Shown here: positions 9,289 to 17,435 of the stretch, in pieces | Layout of the letters: each line of letters opens with the position of its first letter | Position numbering within the stretch: the first letter of the stretch is position 1 | Assembly: GCA_035697085.1 (NCBI GenBank) | Contig: DASSDP010000140.1 | Coordinates: forward strand, 1 to 45,275 | Direction: 5' to 3' | DNA: 45,275 nucleotides | DNA from: Actinomycetota bacterium | GTDB lineage: Bacteria > Actinomycetota > UBA4738 > CALAEC01 | Notes under the pieces: generated by a model | Databases searched by the model: none | Seen by the model: only the letters and a program-made list of their open reading frames with translations | Told to the model about the DNA's origin: nothing | Program-made: the position numbers and the translations under genes

Positions 9289-9518
9289 TGACTCCTCCTT
9301 GTGCGAGCTAGTGAACTTACCAACCGAAGTGGGACCGATCCCTCAAATGCGTTTCCCCCCTTTCCTCTCTACCCAACGGTCCCTGCCTCCCAACAGGTCG
9401 AGCATGTTTACCACAGTCGGGGTGCCCGAGGCTACCTGACCGCGCCACTCCCCTCTGCATAGGTGTACGCCCGAGCAGCCGCCGAGGACGGGCCGTCGCC
9501 AGCCCTATACTCGCCTCG

Positions 9519-9601
9519 GCCGGGGTGGTGGAACGGCAGACACGAGGGCCTCAAAAGCCCTTGGGCGAAAGCCCGTGAGGGTTCAAATCCCTCCCCCGGC
9601 A
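9519..9601 (+). tRNA. tRNA-Leu, anticodon CAA
   Basis: Acceptor stem GCCGGGG/CCCCGGC with discriminator A. D-arm GTGGTGGAACGGCAGACAC. Anticodon stem AGGGC/GCCCT with loop CTCAAAA, giving anticodon CAA. Long variable arm GGGCGAAAGCCCGT. T-arm GAGGGTTCAAATCCCTC. No encoded CCA. Confidence 0.9.
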
Positions 9602-9622
9602 CGCTCCCCGAGGGTCCGGCCC

Positions 9623-10201
9623 CTACGGCCCCGTCGGCTCCATGGGAGGCGGTGGGGGTCCCGGCGGTGGGGGCGCGGCTGGCATCACCGGCTCGGGTCG
9701 CTTGGCCAGCAACCCCAGCAGGCCTCCGACCGCCCCGATCGCCGATCCAACAAGCACGATGTAGAGCCCTATCCCCGTCTTGACGGAGACGTTGAACTGG
9801 TCGAGAGCGTCTCGAACCTGCTCAACGGAGACCCCGGCGGTCTGCGCCGCTCCGGCCTCGGCGATGGCATCCAGACTTTCATCCTCGATGCCGGTGATGT
9901 CGATGATGGCCGCGTAGAGCATGAACCCGGCTGCGAGCAGCGCCAGCACGGCCGCCACCACTCGGAGACCCCGGGACCTGGCCATCCAGATCAGCACGCC
10001 CAGAACGATGAGGGCGATGCCGACTCCGAGGAACAGCTTCCCGTCAGCGGTGTCGAGGCCGCCCACGGTTTGGGAAGGGATGGGTAGCTCGCCGGCCTCG
10101 ACCTTGGCGAACGGGAGAATGGCCCCGATCGCCATTGCCACTCCGCCGAGAATGGTCAGCCCTGCCGCGGCCGATGGCCGCTTCACCTCCGTGCCGTTCA
10201 T
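9623..10201 (-). CDS. Hypothetical 4-TM membrane protein with proline-rich C-terminal tail (paralog A)
   Basis: 192 aa. Four hydrophobic segments, ADGK loop motif, tail PPPPGPPPPPMEPTGP. SD GGGGAGG lies 6 nt before the ATG. Paralogous to the adjacent upstream gene. Confidence 0.7.
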   Translation of the reverse strand: MNGTEVKRPSAAAGLTILGGVAMAIGAILPFAKVEAGELPIPSQTVGGLDTADGKLFLGVGIALIVLGVLIWMARSRGLRVVAAVLALLAAGFMLYAAIIDITGIEDESLDAIAEAGAAQTAGVSVEQVRDALDQFNVSVKTGIGLYIVLVGSAIGAVGGLLGLLAKRPEPVMPAAPPPPGPPPPPMEPTGP

Positions 10202-10231
10202 CCGGTACCTCCCCGATCGATGGTCATGTGA

Positions 10232-10744
10232 TCAAGACGAAGCCGGTTCGGGTGGCTGCTCCGGTGGAGGAGGAGCCGGCATGGGTGGCTCCATGTCCCC
10301 GGAGTGCATAGGAGCGGCCTTCCCTCTGGCGATGAGGCCCAGCGCTCCACCGATGAGCGCGAAGGCGCTTCCCACCGCGACGGAGTACAGGCCGAGGCCC
10401 ACGTCCACTTCCGGGAGCTTCGCCACGTCCGCTACGTCGACGATCGTTGCGTACAGGATAATCGCCGCGGCGACCGTGGCAATGACACTGAGGATCCGAG
10501 TGCCGAACAGCGTCAGGCGAAGGCCCCGGATCAGAACGGCGATCACCACCAGGCCGATGCCCACACCCAGGTCGAACTTCCCATCGGCGTATCGAAGGCC
10601 GCTCGACGTCTGGCCTTCGAATGGCCCCCCCGCGGAACCCGCGACGAACGGAAGGATGGAACCGAGCACGACCAGCACCCCACCAAGACCGATGAGACCC
10701 ACCGCCCACGGGGAGCTGCCACCGCTTCTGGTTCCTTGCATCAT
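10232..10744 (-). CDS. Hypothetical 4-TM membrane protein with proline-rich C-terminal tail (paralog B)
   Basis: The ORF is open to 10789. I prefer ATG 10744 because AGGAG lies 7 nt upstream and the N-terminus MMQGTRSGG aligns with MNGTEVKRP of paralog A. Shared motifs: ILPF, ADGK, LGVGI, LYAxIxD, GxGLYxVxVGSA, MEP. Confidence 0.65.
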   Translation of the reverse strand: MMQGTRSGGSSPWAVGLIGLGGVLVVLGSILPFVAGSAGGPFEGQTSSGLRYADGKFDLGVGIGLVVIAVLIRGLRLTLFGTRILSVIATVAAAIILYATIVDVADVAKLPEVDVGLGLYSVAVGSAFALIGGALGLIARGKAAPMHSGDMEPPMPAPPPPEQPPEPASS

Positions 10745-10826
10745 CGAGTGACTCCTGGATGAAGAGGGGACTCGGGCAAAGTCCGCCAATTGTGACCGTC
10801 GTGGTATGTGGCGTCAAACGGAGACG

Positions 10827-13800
10827 TCACCTGACGGCTTCGGGCCCGAGGAGCGTTCGAAGCTCGGAGAGAAGCCCCACCGAGCCGTCGACCCGGTAGC
10901 CCTCGCCGAGCCGGAGCGTCTGGCCGCCGACCTGCGAGACGAGCCGAAGGACCACCGGAAGCTCGCCCGGGTGGCCCGCCAGTACCTCCTTCAGCCTGAC
11001 CACGAGGCCGTCGGTGCACTGTTGGGAGGGAACTTCCAGCGTGACGGGGGCCTCGATCTGCCGCGCGCCATCGCCGCCGGCTCCTTCCAGCGGGCGGACC
11101 TCGGACGCCACCAGCTGCAGCTCCCGTCCTCGGAGGTCAACTCGTCCTCGAACCATGATGACGGCGTCGACAGCGATCACATCCTGGGTTCGTTCGTACA
11201 GCGAAGGGAACACGATCACCTGCACGCCTCCGGCAAGATCCTCCAGGCGGAAGATCAGGTAGGCCTCGCCCTTCTTGGTGTACCGCCTGGCAAGCGTGGT
11301 GACGATGCCCCCGACGGTGACGATGTCGCCGTCGCCGAGCGAGGCGAGCTCCGAGATCTCGATGTCCGTCTGCGCTTCCAGCTGGCCGCGCACGGCAAGC
11401 AGAGGGTGGTCGGTCACGTACTGCCCGAGCATCTCCTTCTCGTGCCGAAGCAAGGCGGGCTTCTCGAACTCCTCGGTGGAGAGCACGGACTCGTCGATCT
11501 CGTATTTGGGACCCTGTCCTCCGAACAACGAGAACTGCCCGGCTGCCTCCGCCCGACGGTCGGCGAGGATCGGAGCGGCCACCTTCTCGTACGTCTCGAG
11601 GAGACCCCGCCGCCGGTAGCCGAGGGATTCGAACGCTCCAGCCAGGATGAGGCTCTCCAGCACCTTCTTGTGAAGGATCCCGGGATCTACCTTCCGGCAG
11701 AAGTCCGTGAACGTGACGAAGTCTCCCTTGGCTCGGCGGGCCTCGATGATGCGGGCGACGGCTCCGGCGCCGACGTTGCGCACGGCCGACAGACCGAAGC
11801 GGATGTCCGGACCTGAGGATGCGAAGTCGATGTCGGAAGCGTTGATGTCCGGCGGAAGGACCGTGATGCCCATGATCCGGCACGCGTTCAGGTAGAACGG
11901 CTTCCTGTCCTTGTCGTCCTTGACGCTGGTGAGAAGGGCGGCCATGTACTCCACGGGATGATGGGCCTTCAGGAACGCAGTCTGATAGGCGATGAGGGCA
12001 TATCCGCACGCGTGGGACGCGTTGAATCCGTAGTCGGCGAAGGGAACGATGAGGTCGAAGATCTGCCGAGCCAACGGCTCTTCATAGCCGCGGTCCATCG
12101 CCCCCGAGGTGAACTTCTTCCGGTGCTCCGCGATCTTGTCCCGCTTCTTCTTCCCGATCGCGTAGCGGAGCGAGTCGGCCTCTCCCATGGTGTAGCCGGC
12201 CAGCCGGACGGCGATCTCCATCACCTGTTCCTGATACACGATGATCCCGTAGGTGCTCTCGAGCACCGGCTCGAGGTCGGTGTGGGGGAACGTCACCGGC
12301 CGGCGTGTGTGCTTCCGCTCCGCGTACTCCACGTGCATGCCCTGGCTGAGCGGTCCGGGACGATACAGGGCCACCAGGGCCATGAGGTCCTCGAAGCGAT
12401 TCGGGGCCAACTGCTGGATCAGCGATCGCATCCCGGCCCCCTCGAGCTGGAAGACTCCCGTGGTGTCGCCACCGCGGAGCATCTCGTAGGTGGGCTCATC
12501 GTCGAGGGGGACGTGGTCGATGGCGACATCCACCCCTTGCTCACGAAGCATCTTCACCGTGTCATCGATCACGGAGAGGGTGCGGAGGCCGAGGAAGTCC
12601 ATCTTCAACAGGCCCAGCTCCTCCACCCCGTGCATGTCGAACTGGGTGACGATGCGCCGAGAGTCGTCGCGAGAGTCCTTTGAGAGCTTCAGAGGCAGGT
12701 AGTTGACGAGGGGGGCGTCACCGATGACCACCCCTGCGGCATGCACCGAGTCCTCCCGGCGCAGTCCCTCCAGGGTCCTGGCGTTGTCGATGATCTCCTT
12801 CGCTTCCGGCTCGTTCTCGTAGCTGTCCCGGAGCTCGTGGGATTGCTCCAGGGCGTCTTCGATCGGCTTCTCCCGGCCGAGCACTGCCGGGGGGTACATC
12901 TTGCAAAGGCGATCCCCCACCGAGGCCGGATACCCGAGGACCCGGGCCGCATCCCGGATCCCCTGCTTCCCCTTGATCGTCTGGAAGGTGATGATCTGGG
13001 CGACGTGATCGGACCCGTACCGGTCGGCCACGTATCGGATGACCTCATCCCGACCGCGCTCGTCGAAGTCCATGTCGATGTCGGGCATCTGTTTCCGCTG
13101 AGGGTTGAGGAAGCGCTCGAAGATCAGTCCATAGCGAAGGGGATCGATGTCGGTGATGCTGAGGCAGTACGAGACGACGGACCCTGCGGCTGAGCCGCGT
13201 CCCGGCCCCACCCGGATCCCCCGCTCCCTGGCGAAGCGCATGAGGTCCCATACGATGAGGAAGTACCCGGCGAAACCCATCGAGCAGATGATCGTGAGCT
13301 CGTGCTCCAATCGGTTTCGGATCTCCTGGCTGACCTTGCCATACCGGCGGATCGCCCCTTCCTGAACGAGATCCCGGAGGTGCTGCTCGAGTCCCTTTCC
13401 CTCCGGTGGCTCGAACCTCGGGAGGTGCAGTTCCCCAAAGGACAGCGACAGCTCACACGACTCCGCGATCTCGAGGGTTGCGTCGCATGCCTGGGGCAGG
13501 TCGCGGAACAGCTCCCGCATCTCCTCGGAGGACTTCACGTAGAACTCCTCCGTGTCGAACTTCAGGCGGTCGGTGTCCGCGAGGACCTTGCCGGGCTGCT
13601 GGATGCACAGGAGGACGTCGTGGGCCCGGGAGTGCTCCTTCTCCGAGTAGTGGATGTCGTTGGTGGCCACCACAGGGAGCCCGAGGTCGCCGGCCACCTT
13701 GAGGAGCATCGGTGTGACTCGCCGCTGGTCGTCCAGCCCGTGATCCTGTAGCTCCACGTAGAACGAGTCCCGCCCGAAGATGTCGCGGTAGGCGGCGGCT

Positions 13801-14282
13801 GCGGCTTGGGCCTTCTTCTCCTGCCCGGCCAACAGGTGCCGGCAGGTTTCGGAGGCCAGACAGCCGGAGAGCCCGATCAGCCCGGCGCTCCACTCGGCTA
13901 GGAGGTCCTTGTCGATCCGGGGCCGATGGTAGAAGCCCTCGATGTGCGCCGCGGTGACCAGGCGTAGGAGGTTCCGATAGCCCTGTTCGTTGCGAGCGAG
14001 GATCGTCAGGTGTCGATAGTTCTCGTCGTTCTCACCCGGGGTGCGGTCGAATCGCGAACCCGGGGCAACATACGCCTCCACGCCGATGATCGGCTTGACC
14101 GACGAGGCCACGCCCGCCTTGTAGAAGTCGAGCGCCCCGAACATCGTCCCGTGGTCGGTGAGGGCAAGGGCGGGCATGCCGTAGCGTTCTGCCTTCTCGA
14201 AGAGCGCTCCGACCCGGGAAGCGCCGTCGAGCAGGGAGAACTCGCTGTGCGTATGGAGGTGGACGAATCCGGCCCGGCCCAT
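10827..14282 (-). CDS. dnaE: DNA polymerase III alpha subunit DnaE
   Basis: The ORF is open to 14402. The PHP-domain start MGRAGFVHLHTHSEFSLLDGA begins at ATG 14282, with GGAG 5 nt upstream. Full-length Pol III alpha similarity throughout (1151 aa). Confidence 0.95.
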   Translation of the reverse strand: MGRAGFVHLHTHSEFSLLDGASRVGALFEKAERYGMPALALTDHGTMFGALDFYKAGVASSVKPIIGVEAYVAPGSRFDRTPGENDENYRHLTILARNEQGYRNLLRLVTAAHIEGFYHRPRIDKDLLAEWSAGLIGLSGCLASETCRHLLAGQEKKAQAAAAAYRDIFGRDSFYVELQDHGLDDQRRVTPMLLKVAGDLGLPVVATNDIHYSEKEHSRAHDVLLCIQQPGKVLADTDRLKFDTEEFYVKSSEEMRELFRDLPQACDATLEIAESCELSLSFGELHLPRFEPPEGKGLEQHLRDLVQEGAIRRYGKVSQEIRNRLEHELTIICSMGFAGYFLIVWDLMRFARERGIRVGPGRGSAAGSVVSYCLSITDIDPLRYGLIFERFLNPQRKQMPDIDMDFDERGRDEVIRYVADRYGSDHVAQIITFQTIKGKQGIRDAARVLGYPASVGDRLCKMYPPAVLGREKPIEDALEQSHELRDSYENEPEAKEIIDNARTLEGLRREDSVHAAGVVIGDAPLVNYLPLKLSKDSRDDSRRIVTQFDMHGVEELGLLKMDFLGLRTLSVIDDTVKMLREQGVDVAIDHVPLDDEPTYEMLRGGDTTGVFQLEGAGMRSLIQQLAPNRFEDLMALVALYRPGPLSQGMHVEYAERKHTRRPVTFPHTDLEPVLESTYGIIVYQEQVMEIAVRLAGYTMGEADSLRYAIGKKKRDKIAEHRKKFTSGAMDRGYEEPLARQIFDLIVPFADYGFNASHACGYALIAYQTAFLKAHHPVEYMAALLTSVKDDKDRKPFYLNACRIMGITVLPPDINASDIDFASSGPDIRFGLSAVRNVGAGAVARIIEARRAKGDFVTFTDFCRKVDPGILHKKVLESLILAGAFESLGYRRRGLLETYEKVAAPILADRRAEAAGQFSLFGGQGPKYEIDESVLSTEEFEKPALLRHEKEMLGQYVTDHPLLAVRGQLEAQTDIEISELASLGDGDIVTVGGIVTTLARRYTKKGEAYLIFRLEDLAGGVQVIVFPSLYERTQDVIAVDAVIMVRGRVDLRGRELQLVASEVRPLEGAGGDGARQIEAPVTLEVPSQQCTDGLVVRLKEVLAGHPGELPVVLRLVSQVGGQTLRLGEGYRVDGSVGLLSELRTLLGPEAVR

Positions 14283-14363
14283 CACGCTCCGAAACGCTAC
14301 GTCCCGGCTCCGACACCACGCCCCCGGACCGTCGGTGTGGAAAACCTGGGGATAATCACATAG

Positions 14364-14393
14364 TTGTAATTCTGTCGGGGCAAACTCTATACT
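14364..14393 (+). promoter_or_regulatory. Candidate promoter for the PD-(D/E)XK nuclease gene
   Basis: TTGTAA - 18 nt - TATACT in the AT-rich dnaE/nuclease divergent gap. The ATG at 14426 is preceded by GGAGG. Confidence 0.35.
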
Positions 14394-14425
14394 TCGACAC
14401 AAGGCTGGTCAAGCCCGGAGGTCCG

Positions 14426-15541
14426 ATGAGGCTCTCGTACTCGAGCATCAAGACGTATGAGACGTGCCCGGCGAAGTACAAGTACGAGTACGAGGAGCGC
14501 CGGCCGACGACATCGTCACCGGCGATGGCCTTCGGGGATTCCCTCCACCGGACCCTCCACCGGTTCCACGACCGTCCCGTTCCGGTCGCGCCGACGCTCG
14601 GGGATCTGTGGGAGTTCCTCGACGATGAGTGGGTCTCGGACGGGTTCCGAGACGAGTCCGAGGAGCGCCTCTATCGAGAGCACGCCCGGCAGGTTCTGGA
14701 GGCGTACCACCGGGAGAACGCCGACTCGTTCCGGATCCCTGCGGCGCTCGAGTATCGATTCCGGATCGAGGTGGAGGGAGTGGAGCTCGCCGGGATCATC
14801 GATCGCCTGGACCGACTCCCCGGCGGCGGCTACGAGGTCATCGACTACAAGACCAACAGGCGCCTCCCACCACGGAGGTCGGTGGATGCCGACCTTCAGC
14901 TTTCCCTTTATCACCTGGCCGCCCGGGAGATCTGGGGGATCGAGCCGGAGCGGCTCACGCTGTACTTCCTCCTCCCCGGGCACCGGATGACAACGTCGCG
15001 CTCCCCCGCCGACCTGGACCGGCTGCGGCAACGGGTGGCCACGGTTGCCGAGCGCATCGAGGCCGGATTCTTCGAGCCCCGCGAGAACCCGTTGTGCAAC
15101 TGGTGCGACTTCCAGCCGGTGTGCCCGGTCTTCCGCCATCGGTACGAGCGCGAGGATGCCCCCAGGATCGCGGAGATCGTGGACGAGTGGATCGCCCTGA
15201 AGCGGGAGGACCGGGATCGGTGGCGGCGGATGGAGGAGCTCGCTCGAACGATCAAGGCATACGCGGAGGAGCACGGGTTCAAGAAGCTGTTCGGATCCGA
15301 CGGCGCCATCCAGCTCGTGGAGCGGCTGGAGACGGCCCCCGACCCCGAGGCCGTTCGGAGGTTGCTGGAGCCGCTCGGACTGTACGACTCGGTCCTGGCC
15401 GTGGACCCCAAGCGCCTCCACGACCTCATCCAGAAACGGACGCTCCCGCCCACCGTCGAGGAGGCGCTGTTGTGTTCCCGTGAGGACGTCCGGAGGACCA
15501 CGGCGCTGTACCTGCGCGAGCCGGCACGCGCCCGCCGGTAG
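14426..15541 (+). CDS. PD-(D/E)XK nuclease family protein (RecB/Cas4-like, Fe-S cysteine set)
   Basis: 371 aa. N-terminal SYSSIKTYETCPAKYKYEY. Catalytic-type IIDRLD...YEVIDYKT. QLSLY motif. Cys cluster C14 plus CNWCDFQPVC. About 130-aa C-terminal extension. Confidence 0.8.
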   Translation: MRLSYSSIKTYETCPAKYKYEYEERRPTTSSPAMAFGDSLHRTLHRFHDRPVPVAPTLGDLWEFLDDEWVSDGFRDESEERLYREHARQVLEAYHRENADSFRIPAALEYRFRIEVEGVELAGIIDRLDRLPGGGYEVIDYKTNRRLPPRRSVDADLQLSLYHLAAREIWGIEPERLTLYFLLPGHRMTTSRSPADLDRLRQRVATVAERIEAGFFEPRENPLCNWCDFQPVCPVFRHRYEREDAPRIAEIVDEWIALKREDRDRWRRMEELARTIKAYAEEHGFKKLFGSDGAIQLVERLETAPDPEAVRRLLEPLGLYDSVLAVDPKRLHDLIQKRTLPPTVEEALLCSREDVRRTTALYLREPARARR

Positions 15542-16426
15542 TCAGGCCCGGGCTCGCTCCAGCGCTGTCCACAGGTCCTCAGGCAGGGGCTCTTCCACCT
15601 CCAACCGCTCCCCCGTGCCGGGATGATCGAAGGCCAGACGCCATGCATGGAGGAAGGGCCGCGTGAGTCCCAGGCCGACGGCGTCGTGGCCACCCCCACC
15701 GTACGTGCGGTCGCCGAGGATCGGATGCCCCAGTGCGGAGAGGTGCACCCGGATCTGATGGGTCCGGCCGGTTCTGGGGCGGGCTACCAACAACGTTGCC
15801 GCCGGGAGACGCTCCCGAACTTCGAAGTCGGTCGAAGCCTCGACGCCGCTGGTCCGCTGCACAGTGATTCGCGCCCCCCGGCGCCCCAGGGGGGCGTCGA
15901 CCTCGAACGCGTCGTGCTCCACGGAGCCTCGGACCAGAGCGAGGTACTCGCGCTTCACCTCACGGGTGGCGAGCAGTCGCCGCAGTCCTGCATGTGTCTC
16001 GTCGTCCTTCGCCACCACGAGCAGCCCGGACGTGCCGGCGTCGAGCCGGTGGACGATGCCCGGGCGGTCGTCTCCTTTCGACAGTGGGATGCCCATTCCG
16101 AGAAGACGGTTCACCAGGGTGCCGGTCCGCCTCGAGGCCGTGGGGTGGGTCAGCATCCCAGCCGGCTTCGCCACCACTAAAAGATGCTCGTCCTCGTACC
16201 GTACGGGAACGCCGCCCTCTTCGGCGGGCAGCTCGCCCAGGGGACGGAGGTCCGCAGCGATCCGTTCTCCCCCGGAAAGATGGAAGGACTTCGGTTTCGT
16301 CTCGCCATCGACGAGGACACGACCGTCCGCGATGGCACGCTGGATGTCCGCACGAGGCAAACCGGTGATCGCGGCGAGCACGGCATCGAGCCGCCCGGGT
16401 CGGCCCTCGACCTCGATGGCCGCCAC
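15542..16426 (-). CDS. RluA-family 23S rRNA pseudouridine synthase (RluD-like, S4 domain + catalytic domain)
   Basis: The ORF is open to 16537, but that part overlaps lspA. GTG 16426 lies 5 nt after the lspA stop. S4-like RLDAVLAAITGLPRADIQRAIADGRVLVDGE. Catalytic HRLDAGTSGLLVVAK. Confidence 0.85.
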   Translation of the reverse strand: MAAIEVEGRPGRLDAVLAAITGLPRADIQRAIADGRVLVDGETKPKSFHLSGGERIAADLRPLGELPAEEGGVPVRYEDEHLLVVAKPAGMLTHPTASRRTGTLVNRLLGMGIPLSKGDDRPGIVHRLDAGTSGLLVVAKDDETHAGLRRLLATREVKREYLALVRGSVEHDAFEVDAPLGRRGARITVQRTSGVEASTDFEVRERLPAATLLVARPRTGRTHQIRVHLSALGHPILGDRTYGGGGHDAVGLGLTRPFLHAWRLAFDHPGTGERLEVEEPLPEDLWTALERARA

Positions 16427-16431
16427 AGCGC

Positions 16432-16914
16432 CTATCCCGTCGGCTCGGCTTCGGTCCGGGAACCCCGGGCCCCGGTGAGGAGAAGAAGGGCAGCACCGAG
16501 CACGATGCAGCTGTCGGCGACGTTGAACACTGGCCATACCTGGAAGTCGATGAAGTCGACGACCTCACCGGAGATTCCGGATCCTCGAACGACCCGGTCG
16601 GTCAAGTTTCCCAGGGCACCGCCGAGCACCAGCCCGAGGGCCACGGCGGCAGCAAGGGACGGTGGGCGCCTGGAGGCGACCAGGATGATCGCGATCACCA
16701 CGATGCTTGCACCGACGAAGAGCCAGGTGGCCCCTCCGAACAGGCCGAACGCACCGCCGGGGTTGGTGGTGTATCGGAGCTGGAGCACCCCGGGGATGAC
16801 GTCGATGGGCGGCCTTCCCTCCAGGTGCCGCTCGGCCGCCAGCTTGGTCACCCGATCCAGGACGTACGCGACGCCGGCGGCCCCATACAGAAGGAGCGTC
16901 AGTTGCCGCTTCAG
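16432..16914 (-). CDS. lspA: Lipoprotein signal peptidase II (LspA); start codon uncertain
   Basis: LspA-like sequence from KRQLTLLLYGAAGVAYVLDRVTK through NPGGAFG to VDFIDFQVWPVFNVADS. The ORF-track N-terminus (to 17151) is an Arg/Ser/Pro-rich overlap with the DksA gene. The only SD-placed candidate start is a CTG at 16914. Confidence 0.8.
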   Translation of the reverse strand: MKRQLTLLLYGAAGVAYVLDRVTKLAAERHLEGRPPIDVIPGVLQLRYTTNPGGAFGLFGGATWLFVGASIVVIAIILVASRRPPSLAAAVALGLVLGGALGNLTDRVVRGSGISGEVVDFIDFQVWPVFNVADSCIVLGAALLLLTGARGSRTEAEPTG

Positions 16915-16924
16915 CGCGAACCTC

Positions 16925-17317
16925 CTACCGGGTCCGCTCCTCCGCCTGCTTGTCCTTGATGCAGAGGCTGGCGTACGGAAGGGCCTTGATCCGGGCCTTC
17001 TCGATCGGCTTTCCACAGCGCTCGCAGAGGCCGTAGGTCCCCGCCTCGATCCTGGCCAGCGCCCGATCGATCTTCTCGATGAGGTCTCGGATGTTGTTGG
17101 ACAGCGAGAGGTCCCGCTCGCGCTCGAAGGTGAAGGTGCCGGAGTCGGCATACTCCTCGTCGAAGGACACCTCCCCGGACAGTTCTGACTGATTCGTCCC
17201 GAATGAGGATTGCTCGATCTCCGTGAACTGCTTCTGGAGCTCTTCGCGCTCCTTTAGAAGCAGCTTCTTGATGTCGGTGAGCTCCTTCTTCCCGAAGGGG
17301 CTTTTCGTGACTGCCAT
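16925..17317 (-). CDS. DksA/TraR-family C4-type zinc-finger protein
   Basis: Probable start MAVTKSPFGKKEL at 17317; the ORF is open to 17356. Coiled-coil region, then CERCGKPIEKARIKALPYASLCIKD. Confidence 0.8.
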   Translation of the reverse strand: MAVTKSPFGKKELTDIKKLLLKEREELQKQFTEIEQSSFGTNQSELSGEVSFDEEYADSGTFTFERERDLSLSNNIRDLIEKIDRALARIEAGTYGLCERCGKPIEKARIKALPYASLCIKDKQAEERTR

Positions 17318-17419
17318 GGCGCGGCGGACCGTAGCACGGGCCCCAGGGGGCCGCAACGGACCCCCGGGCTCAGCAAAGCAACAGCCTTCTCAGCTGACTG
17401 AAGGGGATTTGAGGGGCGA

Positions 17420-17425
17420 TACAAT
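17420..17425 (+). promoter_or_regulatory. -10-like hexamer TACAAT upstream of the ileS leader
   Basis: TACAAT lies about 10 nt before the first T-box helix. No convincing -35 at 16-19 nt spacing. Confidence 0.35.
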
Positions 17426-17435
17426 AAGGAGTGAA

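Noticed and set aside
9341-9400. C-run (CCCCCC) region upstream of the Liv binding-protein gene, as a possible actinobacterial 6C-type small RNA
   Set aside because: I could not find flanking complementary arms that would place the C-runs in hairpin loops. The region is more simply the G-rich 5' leader of the minus-strand binding-protein gene.
9505-9510. TATACT box 8 nt upstream of tRNA-Leu as its promoter -10
   Set aside because: The spacing to the mature 5' end is plausible for a primary transcript start. I found no acceptable -35, and a single hexamer match is weak evidence.
10806-11816. 336-aa plus-strand ORF within dnaE, and other internal ORFs of 60-300 aa listed throughout the track
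   Set aside because: They overlap strongly supported genes on the other strand or in another frame. They are low-complexity products. I treat them as non-coding.
14283-14402. 40-codon extension upstream of the dnaE PHP-domain start
   Set aside because: The conserved Pol III alpha N-terminus begins at ATG 14282, which has an upstream GGAG. The extension runs through the AT-rich promoter region shared with the nuclease gene.
14426-15541. Cas4-like nuclease as evidence of a CRISPR-Cas locus
   Set aside because: There are no direct-repeat/spacer array and no cas genes anywhere in the window. PD-(D/E)XK Fe-S nucleases are widespread outside CRISPR systems.
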